Below, piece after piece: positions 22,100-31,586 of a stretch of 64,000 bases of DNA (the stretch's first letter is position 1; each line of letters starts with the position of its first letter). The stretch spans positions 302,050 to 366,049 of the forward strand of contig CAVXML010000006.1 of assembly GCA_963763015.1 (NCBI GenBank), given 5' to 3'. Source of the stretch: an uncultured Actinomycetota bacterium (GTDB lineage Bacteria; Actinomycetota; Actinomycetes; Actinomycetales; Dermatophilaceae). The position numbers and the translations under genes were made by a program. The notes below the pieces were generated by a model, which saw nothing but the letters and a program-made list of their open reading frames with translations, was not told where the DNA came from and did not search any database.

Positions 22100-22894
22100 G
22101 TGGCCTGGATACGGCGTCATCTGCTCCTCTTCGCGGCGATCATCGTGCTCGCGTACATGATGATCCCGAACATCGTCGTGGCGGTGTTCTCGTTCAACGA
22201 CCCCGTGGGCCGCTACAACTACACGTGGACCGAGTTCTCGACCGCGGCCTGGACCAACCCTTGTGGGGCGCAGGGCATCTGCGACTCGCTCGGACTGTCC
22301 CTGCGCATCGGGCTGATCGCCGCGCTCACGGCGACGGCCCTCGGCACGATGATCGCGTTCGCGCTGGGGCGGTACCGGTTCCGCGCCCGCTCCGGGACGA
22401 ACCTCCTCATCTTCATGCCGATGGCGACGCCCGAGGTGGTCATGGGCTCCAGCCTGCTGACGCTGTTCCTCATGATGGGGGTGCCCTCCGGGGGCCTGGC
22501 CATCACCATCGCCCACATCATGTTCTGCGTCTCGTTCGTCGTCGTCGCGGTCAAGGCCCGTGTGGCCACCCTGGACCCCCGGCTCGAGGAGGCGGCCGCC
22601 GACCTGGGCGCGAACCCGGCCCAGACCTTCCTGAGGATCACCTTCCCGCTGGCCGCACCCGGCATCCTCGCCGGAGCACTCCTCGCCTTCTCGCTGAGCT
22701 TCGACGACTACATCATCACCAACTTCAACGCGAGCCCGAGCTCCATCACCTTCCCGATGTACGTGTGGGGAGCCGCGCAGCGTGGAACGCCGGTGCAGGT
22801 CAACGTCATCGGCACCATCATGTTCCTCCTGGCGCTCGCGGTCGTCCTGCTGAGCCAGCTGCTGACCTCGCGCCGGCAGCGCGCGCAGGCCTGA
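22100..22894 (+). CDS. potC: Polyamine ABC permease (PotC-like)
   Basis: Multi-TM; LEEAAADLGA, SFDDY. Confidence 0.88.
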   Translation: MAWIRRHLLLFAAIIVLAYMMIPNIVVAVFSFNDPVGRYNYTWTEFSTAAWTNPCGAQGICDSLGLSLRIGLIAALTATALGTMIAFALGRYRFRARSGTNLLIFMPMATPEVVMGSSLLTLFLMMGVPSGGLAITIAHIMFCVSFVVVAVKARVATLDPRLEEAAADLGANPAQTFLRITFPLAAPGILAGALLAFSLSFDDYIITNFNASPSSITFPMYVWGAAQRGTPVQVNVIGTIMFLLALAVVLLSQLLTSRRQRAQA

Positions 22895-22931
22895 CCCCGG
22901 GGCAGCGTCCCACGAAGGAGAGACAGAGCCC

Positions 22932-24215
22932 ATGCGCGTCCTCATGATCGGCGCCGGTGGTGTCGGCGACGCCGCTGCGCGCATCGCCGCCGAGCGCGGC
23001 TTCTTCGACCAGTGGGTCGTCGCCGACTACGACCTCGAGCGGGCCGACCGCACGGTCGGGGCGGTCACCGACCGCCACGAGGGCGAGACCCGGTTCGCGG
23101 CCGCGCAGGTGGATGCCTCGAGCCCGCACGCCGTCGCCGACCTCGCCAGGCTCGTCGGCGCGACGCACGTGCTCAACGCCGTGGACCCTCGTTTCGTCCT
23201 CCCCATCTTCGAGGGCGCCCGGGCCGCCGGCGCCGACTACCTCGACATGGCGATGAGCCTCTCGCACCGCCACCCCACCGAGCCCTACGCGAAGGTCGGC
23301 GTCAAGCTCGGTGACGACCAGCTCGCCCAGTCTGCGGCGTGGGAGGCCGACGGCCGGCTCGCCCTGGTGGGCATCGGCGTCGAGCCGGGGCTCTCCGACG
23401 TGTTCGCCCGCTACGCCGCGGACCACCTCTTCGACCACATCGACGAGCTCGGGACACGTGACGGCGCGAACCTCGTGATCCGCGACGAGGAGGGCAACGA
23501 GGTCTTCGCCCCGGGCTTCTCGATGTGGACGATCATCGAGGAGTGCCTCAACCCACCCGTCGTCTGGCAGCGGGACCGTGCGACGGGCGTCGACGGGTCC
23601 TACGACGTGGAGGCGGGTTTCTTCACCCTCCCCCCGTTCAGCGAGCCGGAGGTCTTCGACTTCCCCGAGGGCATCGGTCCTGTGGAGTGCGTCCACGTGG
23701 AGCACGAGGAGGTCCTCCTCATGCCACGCTGGGTCGAGGCTGAACGGGTCACCTTCAAGTACGGGCTCGGCGAGGAGATGATCGGGATCCTCAGGACGCT
23801 GCACACGCTGGGGCTGGACCGCACCGAGCCGGTGTCGGTCAAGGGCGTGCTGGTCAGCCCCCGCGACGTCGTCGCAGCGGTCCTGCCGGACCCGGCGACG
23901 ATCGGACCGCGGATGGAGGGGAAGACCTGCGCCGGCCTGTGGGTCACCGGCACCGGCAAGGACGGGTCGCCGCGCCGCACGTACCTCTACCACGTGTCCG
24001 ACAACGCCGACACGATGCGCGAGTACGGCGCCCAGTGCGTCGTGTGGCAGACCGCCGTCAACCCCGTGGTGGCACTGGAGCTGCTGGCGAAGGGTGCATG
24101 GTCCGGGGCGGGGGTGCTGGGGCCCGAGGCCTTCGACGCCGTGCCGTTCCTCGACCTCCTCGCCGCGCCGAAGCCCGAGGGCTACGGGTCACCATGGGGA
24201 CTCGAGGACCGCTGA
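22932..24215 (+). CDS. Saccharopine dehydrogenase / carboxyspermidine dehydrogenase-like oxidoreductase
   Basis: IGAGGVG Rossmann motif, YLDMAMS, GIGVEPGLSD, HVEHEEV, WQTA, GVLGPEAFD. Confidence 0.82.
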   Translation: MRVLMIGAGGVGDAAARIAAERGFFDQWVVADYDLERADRTVGAVTDRHEGETRFAAAQVDASSPHAVADLARLVGATHVLNAVDPRFVLPIFEGARAAGADYLDMAMSLSHRHPTEPYAKVGVKLGDDQLAQSAAWEADGRLALVGIGVEPGLSDVFARYAADHLFDHIDELGTRDGANLVIRDEEGNEVFAPGFSMWTIIEECLNPPVVWQRDRATGVDGSYDVEAGFFTLPPFSEPEVFDFPEGIGPVECVHVEHEEVLLMPRWVEAERVTFKYGLGEEMIGILRTLHTLGLDRTEPVSVKGVLVSPRDVVAAVLPDPATIGPRMEGKTCAGLWVTGTGKDGSPRRTYLYHVSDNADTMREYGAQCVVWQTAVNPVVALELLAKGAWSGAGVLGPEAFDAVPFLDLLAAPKPEGYGSPWGLEDR

Positions 24216-24262
24216 CCCGCGCCCACTCGACCACCCGCACCGCGGCATCCGGAAGGAACACC

Positions 24263-25723
24263 ATGGCTGTCATCCAGACCTCCCTCATCGACTCCGTCCC
24301 CACGTCCCTGCTCATCGGTGACCAGTGGCGCGAGGCGAGCGGCGGGGCTCGCTTCGACGTCAGCGACCCGGCGACCGGTGAGGTCCTCACCACGTGCGCC
24401 GACGCCACCCCCGAGGACGGGCTGGCCGCACTGGCGGCCGCCCACGCGGCGCAGGCCGGCTGGGCGGCCACGCCGCCCCGCGACCGCGGCGAGATCCTGC
24501 GCAGCGCCTTCGAGGCGCTCGTGGCCCGCACCGACGAGTTCGCCACCCTCATGAGCCTGGAGATGGGCAAGACCGTCGCCGAGGCCCGTGGGGAGGTGAC
24601 CTACGCGGCCGAGTTCTTCCGGTGGTTCGCGGAGGAGGCGGTCCGCATCCACGGGCGCTACTCCGTCGCCCCCAACGGCGCCTCACGCCTGCTCACGATG
24701 AAGCAGCCAGTCGGTCCGACCCTGATGATCACGCCGTGGAACTTCCCCCTCGCCATGGGGACCCGCAAGATCGGCCCGGCGGTCGCCGCAGGGTGCACCA
24801 TGGTCGTCAAGCCCGCCCACGAGACACCGCTGACGATGCTCCTCCTCGCCGACGTGATGCGGGAGGCGGGTCTGCCGGACGGCGTCCTCAACGTCGTGAC
24901 GACCACCCACTCCGGCGCCGTCTGCGAGCCTCTCATCCGCGACCCGCGCCTGCGCAAGCTGACCTTCACCGGGTCCACCGCCGTGGGGAGGGTGCTCGTC
25001 GAGCAGTCCGCCGAGCAGCTGCTCCGGCTGTCCATGGAGCTCGGCGGCAACGCACCCTTCCTCGTCTTCGAGGACGCCGACGTCGACGCGGCCGTCGACG
25101 GGGCGATGCTGGCCAAGATGCGCAACATCGGCGAGGCGTGCACCGCCGCGAACCGCTTCTTCGTCCACGAGTCCCTCGCCGAGCGGTTCGCCTCCCGGAT
25201 GGCCGAGCGGATGGGGGCGCTGGTCCTCGGCCGCGGCACCGAGGAGGGGGTCGATGTCGGACCCCTGATCACGCAGAAGGCCCGTGAGGGGGTGGACGAG
25301 CTGGTGCAGGACGCCGTCCGGCGTGGTGCGACCGTGCTGACCGGCGGGGCGCCGGCTCCCGGGGACGGCTGGTTCTACCAGCCGACGGTCCTGGCGGACG
25401 TGCCCGAGGACAGCCGCTGCCTGCGGGAGGAGATCTTCGGCCCGGTCGCGCCCGTGTGCACGTTCACCGACGAGGCGGATGCCGTCGCCAAGGCCAACGC
25501 GTCCGAGTACGGGCTCGTGGGGTATGTCTACACACGGGACCACGCCCGGGTCCTGCGGGTCGCCGAGGCCATGGAGTTCGGGATGATCGGGGTCAACACG
25601 GGCATCGTGTCGAACCCGGCCGCACCCTTCGGTGGGGTCAAGCAGTCCGGCTTCGGGCGTGAGGGCGGCTTCGAGGGGATCGACGAGTACCTCGAGACGA
25701 AGTACGTGGGCATCGCGCTGTGA
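24263..25723 (+). CDS. gabD: NAD(P)-dependent succinate-semialdehyde dehydrogenase
   Basis: TPWNFPLAM, FTGST, ELGGNAP, NIGEAC, EEIFGP, GGVKQSGFGREGG. Confidence 0.88.
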   Translation: MAVIQTSLIDSVPTSLLIGDQWREASGGARFDVSDPATGEVLTTCADATPEDGLAALAAAHAAQAGWAATPPRDRGEILRSAFEALVARTDEFATLMSLEMGKTVAEARGEVTYAAEFFRWFAEEAVRIHGRYSVAPNGASRLLTMKQPVGPTLMITPWNFPLAMGTRKIGPAVAAGCTMVVKPAHETPLTMLLLADVMREAGLPDGVLNVVTTTHSGAVCEPLIRDPRLRKLTFTGSTAVGRVLVEQSAEQLLRLSMELGGNAPFLVFEDADVDAAVDGAMLAKMRNIGEACTAANRFFVHESLAERFASRMAERMGALVLGRGTEEGVDVGPLITQKAREGVDELVQDAVRRGATVLTGGAPAPGDGWFYQPTVLADVPEDSRCLREEIFGPVAPVCTFTDEADAVAKANASEYGLVGYVYTRDHARVLRVAEAMEFGMIGVNTGIVSNPAAPFGGVKQSGFGREGGFEGIDEYLETKYVGIAL

Positions 25724-25782
25724 CGGGGGTCGGTCCGTCGGTTGGCGAGAACCCGTGGCACGGCTCGGCGAGCAGTGGTGGG

Positions 25783-26889
25783 ATGTCCTCCATGACCACG
25801 CCCAGCACGCCCGACACGGCAGGCATGGCGGGCGCGCCGAACCAGGCCCCGGCCACGGGCGCCGCCGCACACCGCCCCGAGCTGCGCCGCTCGGTCCAGG
25901 CCCTCCTCGAGCAGACCGACGACGCGCTGCGGCGTGGCGCCAGGCCGGGCGCCTCGGTGTGGCCGACAGGCTTCGACCTGCTCGACTCCACCCTCGACGG
26001 CGGCCTGCGGTCCGGCGAGCTGGTCCTCCTCGGCGGCAGCGAGGGAGCGGGCAAGACCACCATGGCGGTCCAGATGGCGCGCAACGCCGTGTGCGTGGGG
26101 CGTCACGCCGTCGTCTTCTCCTTCGAGCACGACGCCCAGACCCTCATCCAGAGGCTCATCTCGCTCGAGGCGGCCACGGCTGCGGTGGCCGACGGGCAGC
26201 ACCCGGCGGCCGCCGCCGACGTCCACGCCGTCAGGGCCGTGTTCGAGGCCGAGGACCCGGACCGCCGTGGGCTCGCGGACGCGCTCGACCGTGTGCCGTA
26301 CGGCAGCGAGGCCCTCGCCACCGTCCAGGAGTACGCCCCGCGACTGCACATCCACGAGTCGAACTCCTCGACCACCCCGCACGAGGTGGCGGAGGTCGTG
26401 GCCGCCGTGACGGAGGAGGCCGGGGAGACGCCCATGGTCATCGTCGACTACCTCCAGAAGCTCCCCCTCGACGGTCGCGACGGCGACGAGACGGCTCGTG
26501 TCACCGTCGTCACCGAGACCCTCAAGGACATGGCTCTCGAGCTCGAGTGCCCCGTCGTCTGCATCTCGGCCTCGGACCGCGAGAGCCTCGGCGCCGGTCA
26601 CCGCATGCGCACCCGTGACCTGCGCGGCTCGTCCGCCCTGGCCTACGAGGCGGACCTGGTGCTCATCCTCTCGAGCAAGGAGCACATCGTTTCTCGGGAG
26701 CACCTCGTCTACGACCTCGGGAGCATCCAGCGCTTCCGTCGGTGGTCGGTGGTGACCGTCGAGAAGAACCGCCACGGCATGGGGCACGTCGAGCTGGAGG
26801 TGGAGAAGGACTTCGAGCACGGCCGCTTCGACCCGCGCGCCCAGGTCGTGACCGAGCGCCTCATCGAGGAGCGCGTCTACACGAGCTGA
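25783..26889 (+). CDS. Stand-alone DnaB-like C-terminal (RecA-fold) ATPase
   Basis: WPTGFDLLD, GGLRSGELVLLGGSEGAGKTT, VFSFE, VIVDYLQ, DLRGSSALAYEADLV, VEKNRHG. No DnaB N-terminal domain. Start uncertain (25720/25783/25792). Confidence 0.82.
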   Translation: MSSMTTPSTPDTAGMAGAPNQAPATGAAAHRPELRRSVQALLEQTDDALRRGARPGASVWPTGFDLLDSTLDGGLRSGELVLLGGSEGAGKTTMAVQMARNAVCVGRHAVVFSFEHDAQTLIQRLISLEAATAAVADGQHPAAAADVHAVRAVFEAEDPDRRGLADALDRVPYGSEALATVQEYAPRLHIHESNSSTTPHEVAEVVAAVTEEAGETPMVIVDYLQKLPLDGRDGDETARVTVVTETLKDMALELECPVVCISASDRESLGAGHRMRTRDLRGSSALAYEADLVLILSSKEHIVSREHLVYDLGSIQRFRRWSVVTVEKNRHGMGHVELEVEKDFEHGRFDPRAQVVTERLIEERVYTS

Positions 26890-26920
26890 GCCGCCGCGCG
26901 CGGGCGGGCACACGAGGCGC

Positions 26921-27613
26921 TCACTCCCAGCGCCGGGCCTTGTGGTAGCGGGGATTCCACCAGAAGCGGTGCACGAGCCGGAGGGGTGGGGGCAGCTCGG
27001 CCAGCACGGTGCGGACGTCGTCGGGCGGAGCGCCCTCGAGGATCCAGGGTCCGAGGTTGGCGATCTCGCTGTAGCCGAGCTCCTTCACCGACGCCTTGGT
27101 GAGCGTGTCCCACTCGCGCCTCGTGATCATGGTGTGGATCAGGGGGAAGGCGTCCCGCTCCTCGTGCCCGAGGTGGGAGTGCAGCAGCTCGACGAGGGTG
27201 GTGATCCGCCCGGCCACCTCGTCGACGCCGGCCTCCCGGTCGTCGAAGGCACGCTCGACCGCCTCGAGCGCGGGGTCGATCCGGGAGTGCTCCGCCTCCA
27301 TGGCATCGAGGACGGCCACGTCGTCGGGTCGGTCGGCGAGCTTGGCCCGGATGACCGGCCAGATGTGGGTGTCCTCGATGGTGTGGTGGTGGTGGAGGGA
27401 CGCGCTGAAGCCGCTCCAGCCGAGCAGCAGGGCGTCGTGTGCCTCCTCGTCCTGGGTGCCGTACCGCTCGGCTGCTCGCTCGAGCCGGGCTCCGTCCCGT
27501 CGGAGCGCGCTGTGCAGGATGCGCATCACATCCATGTCCGTGTCGGTGAGGGTCGTGGTCACGATCCGGGTCCTCTCGTCGGTCCGTCGAGGTGCGGCCT
27601 GCGCCTCCGCCAT
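26921..27613 (-). CDS. Hemerythrin (HHE) domain protein
   Basis: MRILHSALRRD, LHHHHTIED, MEAEH, LHSHLGHEE: H/HxxxE di-iron ligand pattern. Confidence 0.85.
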   Translation of the reverse strand: MAEAQAAPRRTDERTRIVTTTLTDTDMDVMRILHSALRRDGARLERAAERYGTQDEEAHDALLLGWSGFSASLHHHHTIEDTHIWPVIRAKLADRPDDVAVLDAMEAEHSRIDPALEAVERAFDDREAGVDEVAGRITTLVELLHSHLGHEERDAFPLIHTMITRREWDTLTKASVKELGYSEIANLGPWILEGAPPDDVRTVLAELPPPLRLVHRFWWNPRYHKARRWE

Positions 27614-27643
27614 CAGCCTCGACCTCCCTGGGCGAGGTTCTCA

Positions 27644-27666
27644 ATCCCACTTTCGAGGGGGATACT
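27644..27666. promoter_or_regulatory. Candidate operator ATCCC-N10-GGGAT overlapping the luxR -10 box
   Basis: Inverted repeat 27644-27663 in the 59-bp divergent gap; GATACT at 27661-27666 lies 6 nt before ATG 27673. Confidence 0.4.
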
Positions 27667-27672
27667 CGGCTC

Positions 27673-28779
27673 ATGCCCCTGGTCGCGCAGCGGCTGCGGG
27701 CCCGGGTCCGCGACGCGGCCAGCTCGGCGCCCGACAGCGAGACGTTCCGGCACGAGGTGCTCGACGCCATCCACGAGCACGTCCCGTTCGACGCGTCGTG
27801 CCTCGGCGGCACCGACCCCTTCGCCCTCCTCCCGACCTCGCTCACGACCCGCGGCTACGACGACCCCCGCGCGTACGCGGTCGCCGCCGAGGTCGAGTAC
27901 GGCGACACGGACGAGCCGGGGAGCTTCGAGTCGATGGTGAACGGGCGGGTGCCCATCCAGACCCTGCGCGAGACGAGTGGTGACCGGGTGCGGGCGACCC
28001 GGCGCTATGCGGAGCTGCTCGCTCCGTACGGCCTGCGGGACGAGGTGCGAATGGTCTTTCGCGGTGGCGACGGCCTGGTCTGGGGGGTCGCGACCATGTC
28101 CCGTCGCGGGTCGTCGCGGTTCACCGCGGACGAGGAAGCGGCTCTCGGGTCGGTGCTGACCGACATCGGGCAGGGGCTGCGTACCGTGCTCTTCCGGGAC
28201 GGCACGGCACGGGCGGCGTCAGGAGCAGAGGGACCGGCCATCGCGGTCGTGGGCGCCGACAGCGAGTTCGAGATGGCGACGCCGGCCGCCCTCGAGCTCT
28301 TCGAGCGGCTGGGCTGGGGGCAGGCCGGGCGCCCGGTGCGCCTCGCCCCCGCGGCCCTCGTCGCCGCCCGGCTGCGCGCGTCGGGCGAGGACACGACCGT
28401 GCTCCGCACCCGCACGACCGATGGGGAATGGCTCGTCATCCGCGCGGGGCGCTTCGATGCCGAGCATCCACCGCGCCGGGTCGTCATGACGGTGGAGCGC
28501 GCCCAGCCCCCGGAGATCGTCTCGCTCATGGGCGCCGCCTACGGGCTCACCCGCCGTGAGTGCCAGGTGCTGCTGCTCTCCCTGCGCGGCGCCACGCGCG
28601 ACGAGATGGCGCGCACCCTCGTCATCAGCCCCTACACCGTCCAGGACCACCTCAAGAGCATCTTCGCCAAGGCCGGGGTCAGCAGTCGCCGCCAGCTGGT
28701 GGGGCGCCTGGTCAACACCGAGTGCCTGCCCAGGGTGGGCACCCCCGTCGGAGCGGACGGCTGGTTCGCGCCGCCGTGA
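27673..28779 (+). CDS. GAF-like domain plus C-terminal LuxR HTH transcriptional regulator
   Basis: C-terminal LTRRECQVLLLSLRGATRDEMARTLVISPYTVQDHLKSIFAKAGVSSRRQL; N-terminal sensory-type region. Confidence 0.88.
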   Translation: MPLVAQRLRARVRDAASSAPDSETFRHEVLDAIHEHVPFDASCLGGTDPFALLPTSLTTRGYDDPRAYAVAAEVEYGDTDEPGSFESMVNGRVPIQTLRETSGDRVRATRRYAELLAPYGLRDEVRMVFRGGDGLVWGVATMSRRGSSRFTADEEAALGSVLTDIGQGLRTVLFRDGTARAASGAEGPAIAVVGADSEFEMATPAALELFERLGWGQAGRPVRLAPAALVAARLRASGEDTTVLRTRTTDGEWLVIRAGRFDAEHPPRRVVMTVERAQPPEIVSLMGAAYGLTRRECQVLLLSLRGATRDEMARTLVISPYTVQDHLKSIFAKAGVSSRRQLVGRLVNTECLPRVGTPVGADGWFAPP

Positions 28780-28866
28780 CCCGAACGGCGGAACGACGTC
28801 GTCGGCTTGGTGCCTTGGCCGACCACCGTGTTCGCGTCACGGTCGTCGAGCGCTGACAATGGCCCG

Positions 28867-30078
28867 GTGACCTCACGCTCCGTGGCCGTGCTCGGCTCCA
28901 CCGGCTCGATCGGCACCCAGGCCCTCGAGGTGGTCTCGGCCCACCCCGACCGGTTCACCGTGGCGGCCCTCTCCGCCGGGGGGAACGTGGACCTCCTCGC
29001 CCGGCAGGCCGTGCAGCACCAGCCCCGGCTCGTCGCCGTCGCCCGGGGTGAGACGGACGCCCTGCGTCGGGCGCTGTCCGCCCACGCCGGGGATGCCGGC
29101 CTCCCGCGATACCGCCCGGAGGTGGTCGTCGGTGCGGATGCCGCCACGGTCGCCGCCGGCTGCGGCGCCGACGTCGTGCTCAACGGAATCACCGGCTCGA
29201 TCGGGCTGCGACCGACGCTCGCCGCGCTGGCCGCCGGGTCGGTGCTGGCCCTGGCGAACAAGGAGTCGCTCATCGTCGGTGGCCCGCTGGTGACCGCTGC
29301 CGCCCGGCCGGGCCAGGTCGTCCCGGTCGACTCGGAGCACAGCGCGATCGCGCAGAGCCTGCGCGGCGGCCGGGCACAGGAGGTGCGCCGGCTGGTCGTC
29401 ACGGCGAGCGGTGGCCCGTTCCGCGGGCGCTCGCGCCGCGAGCTCGCCGCCGTCACCCCGGACCAGGCGCTCGCGCACCCCAACTTCTCGATGGGACGGG
29501 TCATCACGACGAACTCCGCAACGCTGGTCAACAAGGGACTCGAGGTCATCGAGGCCCACCTGCTCTTCGACATCCCCTTCGACCGGATCGACGTCGTCGT
29601 GCACCCCCAGCAGCAGGTTCACTCGATGGTGGAGTTCCACGACGGGTCGACTCTCGCGCAGCTCGGCCCGCCTCGGATGCTCGTGCCGATCGCACTCGGC
29701 CTGTCCTGGCCCGAGCGCCTCGAGGACGTCGACGTCCCCTGCGACTGGTCTTCGGCCCAGACCTGGGAGTTCCACCCGCTCGACGACGAGGCCTTTCCTG
29801 CGGTGCGGCTCGCCCGGGCGGTCGGGGCCGCCGGCGGCACCTTCCCTGCCGTGTACAACGCGGCGAACGAGGTCTGCGTCGATGCCTTCCACGACGGCCG
29901 GATCGGCTTCCTCGACATCGTCGACACCGTCACCCGGGTCGTCGAGGAGCACAATGGGAGCAACCACGACGCCTCGAGCGTTGAGGGAGTGCTCGCCGCA
30001 GACCGGTGGGCCCGTTGGCACACCGCCGAGCTCCTCGGCGTCGAGCCCGGCGACGACCATCAGACGGAGGCCCGGTGA
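28867..30078 (+). CDS. dxr: 1-deoxy-D-xylulose 5-phosphate reductoisomerase
   Basis: [45 protein letters not shown]. Confidence 0.97.
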   Translation: MTSRSVAVLGSTGSIGTQALEVVSAHPDRFTVAALSAGGNVDLLARQAVQHQPRLVAVARGETDALRRALSAHAGDAGLPRYRPEVVVGADAATVAAGCGADVVLNGITGSIGLRPTLAALAAGSVLALANKESLIVGGPLVTAAARPGQVVPVDSEHSAIAQSLRGGRAQEVRRLVVTASGGPFRGRSRRELAAVTPDQALAHPNFSMGRVITTNSATLVNKGLEVIEAHLLFDIPFDRIDVVVHPQQQVHSMVEFHDGSTLAQLGPPRMLVPIALGLSWPERLEDVDVPCDWSSAQTWEFHPLDDEAFPAVRLARAVGAAGGTFPAVYNAANEVCVDAFHDGRIGFLDIVDTVTRVVEEHNGSNHDASSVEGVLAADRWARWHTAELLGVEPGDDHQTEAR

Positions 30079-31439
30079 GCACGATCGCGTTCCTGCTCGG
30101 TGTGCTGTTCATGGCCACCGGCGTGGCGCTGTCCATCGCCCTGCACGAGCTGGGCCACCTCCTGCCGGCCAAGCGCTTCGGGGTGCGGGTTACCCAGTAC
30201 ATGGTGGGGTTCGGCCCCACCCTCTGGTCGCGTCCGCGGGGCGAGACCGAGTACGGCATCAAGGCGGTTCCGCTCGGTGGCTACATCCGCATGATCGGGA
30301 TGTTCCCCCCGCGACCGGGCGACGAGCCGGGGCGGGTCCGGGTCTCGAGCACCGGTCGGTTCAGCCAGCTCGTCGACGAGGCACGCGCCGCGAGCCTCGA
30401 GGAGGTCCGGCCCGGCGACGACCACCGCGTCTTCTACAAGCTGTCCGTGCCCCGCAAGGTGGTCGTGATGCTCGGCGGGCCGGTGATGAACCTCCTCATC
30501 GGGGTCGTGCTGCTCACGATCCTCGTCACGGTGCACGGCATCTCGACGCCGCAGCCGGGTGCGGTCGTCGCATCCGTGTCGGAGTGCGTCGTTCCCGTGA
30601 CCGACGCCGGGGCGGCGACCTCCTGTGAGGGCCGTCCTCCCACGCCGGCCCTGGCGGCGGGCATCGAACCCGGCGACCGGATCGTGTCGATCGGCGGGGA
30701 GGTCGTCGACGAGACGACCGACGTGGGCATGCTCATCCGGCCGCGGGTCGACCAGCCCGTCCAGGTCGTCCTCGAGCGCGAGGGGCGCGAGGTCACCGTG
30801 ACGGCGACGCCCATCCGCAACGTCGTCCCGGTGCTCGACGCCGAGGGCCTTCCGGTCACGGGCGCTGACGGGGTGCCGCAGACCACGGAGGCGGGCTTCC
30901 TCGGCGTCCGCTCCACCGCGCCCGTCGAGTTCGAGCCGCAGCCCCTCAGCGTGGTACCCGGAGTGATCTGGAGCGGCGTCAGCCAGACCGCCCAGGCCCT
31001 GGTCAGGGTCCCCGAGCGCATGGTCGGGGTGTGGGAGGCCGCCTTCGGTGGCGCCGAGCGGTCGGTCGACAGCCCGATGTCCGTCGTGGGCGTCGGCCGG
31101 GTGGCGGGTGACGCGGGGGCGGGGAAGTACGACGCCTTCGTGGGGGAGTCGGCAGGCGACAAGTTCTGGTTCCTGGTGAGCCTGCTCGCCGGTCTCAACT
31201 TCATGCTCTTCCTCTTCAACCTCATCCCCCTGCTCCCGCTCGACGGTGGCCACGTCGCCGGTGCCCTCTGGGAGGGGTTGAAGCGCCAGATCGCGCGGCT
31301 GACCGGTCGACCGGACCCCGGGTACGTCGACGTCGCGAAGGCGCTCCCCGTCGCCTACTCGGTGTCGATGGTGCTGCTCGGAGCCTCGCTGCTGCTCATC
31401 TACGCCGACCTCGTCAAGCCGGTGAACCTGGGTGGCTGA
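30075..31439 (+). CDS. rseP: M50 intramembrane zinc protease with PDZ domain (RseP/Rip1)
   Basis: LHELGH, PDZ ([14 protein letters not shown]), [12 protein letters not shown]; lies between dxr and ispG. Confidence 0.9.
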   Translation: MSTIAFLLGVLFMATGVALSIALHELGHLLPAKRFGVRVTQYMVGFGPTLWSRPRGETEYGIKAVPLGGYIRMIGMFPPRPGDEPGRVRVSSTGRFSQLVDEARAASLEEVRPGDDHRVFYKLSVPRKVVVMLGGPVMNLLIGVVLLTILVTVHGISTPQPGAVVASVSECVVPVTDAGAATSCEGRPPTPALAAGIEPGDRIVSIGGEVVDETTDVGMLIRPRVDQPVQVVLEREGREVTVTATPIRNVVPVLDAEGLPVTGADGVPQTTEAGFLGVRSTAPVEFEPQPLSVVPGVIWSGVSQTAQALVRVPERMVGVWEAAFGGAERSVDSPMSVVGVGRVAGDAGAGKYDAFVGESAGDKFWFLVSLLAGLNFMLFLFNLIPLLPLDGGHVAGALWEGLKRQIARLTGRPDPGYVDVAKALPVAYSVSMVLLGASLLLIYADLVKPVNLGG

Positions 31440-31586
31440 GCCGACCCCGCGACCTCGCCGTGGGGGTGCGCGGACCCCGAGAACGCCGCGTGGAGGCGCA
31501 GCATCCGGCATCCCGAACTGTGGCTTTTCTCACCGCGTGTGCTCCTTGACGTTGTCCGGAGGGGTCTCGTCAGCCACACTCGCACC

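Noticed and set aside
25720-26889. Replicative dnaB or prophage remnant
   Set aside because: Lacks the N-terminal domain; no phage, integrase or replication genes nearby.
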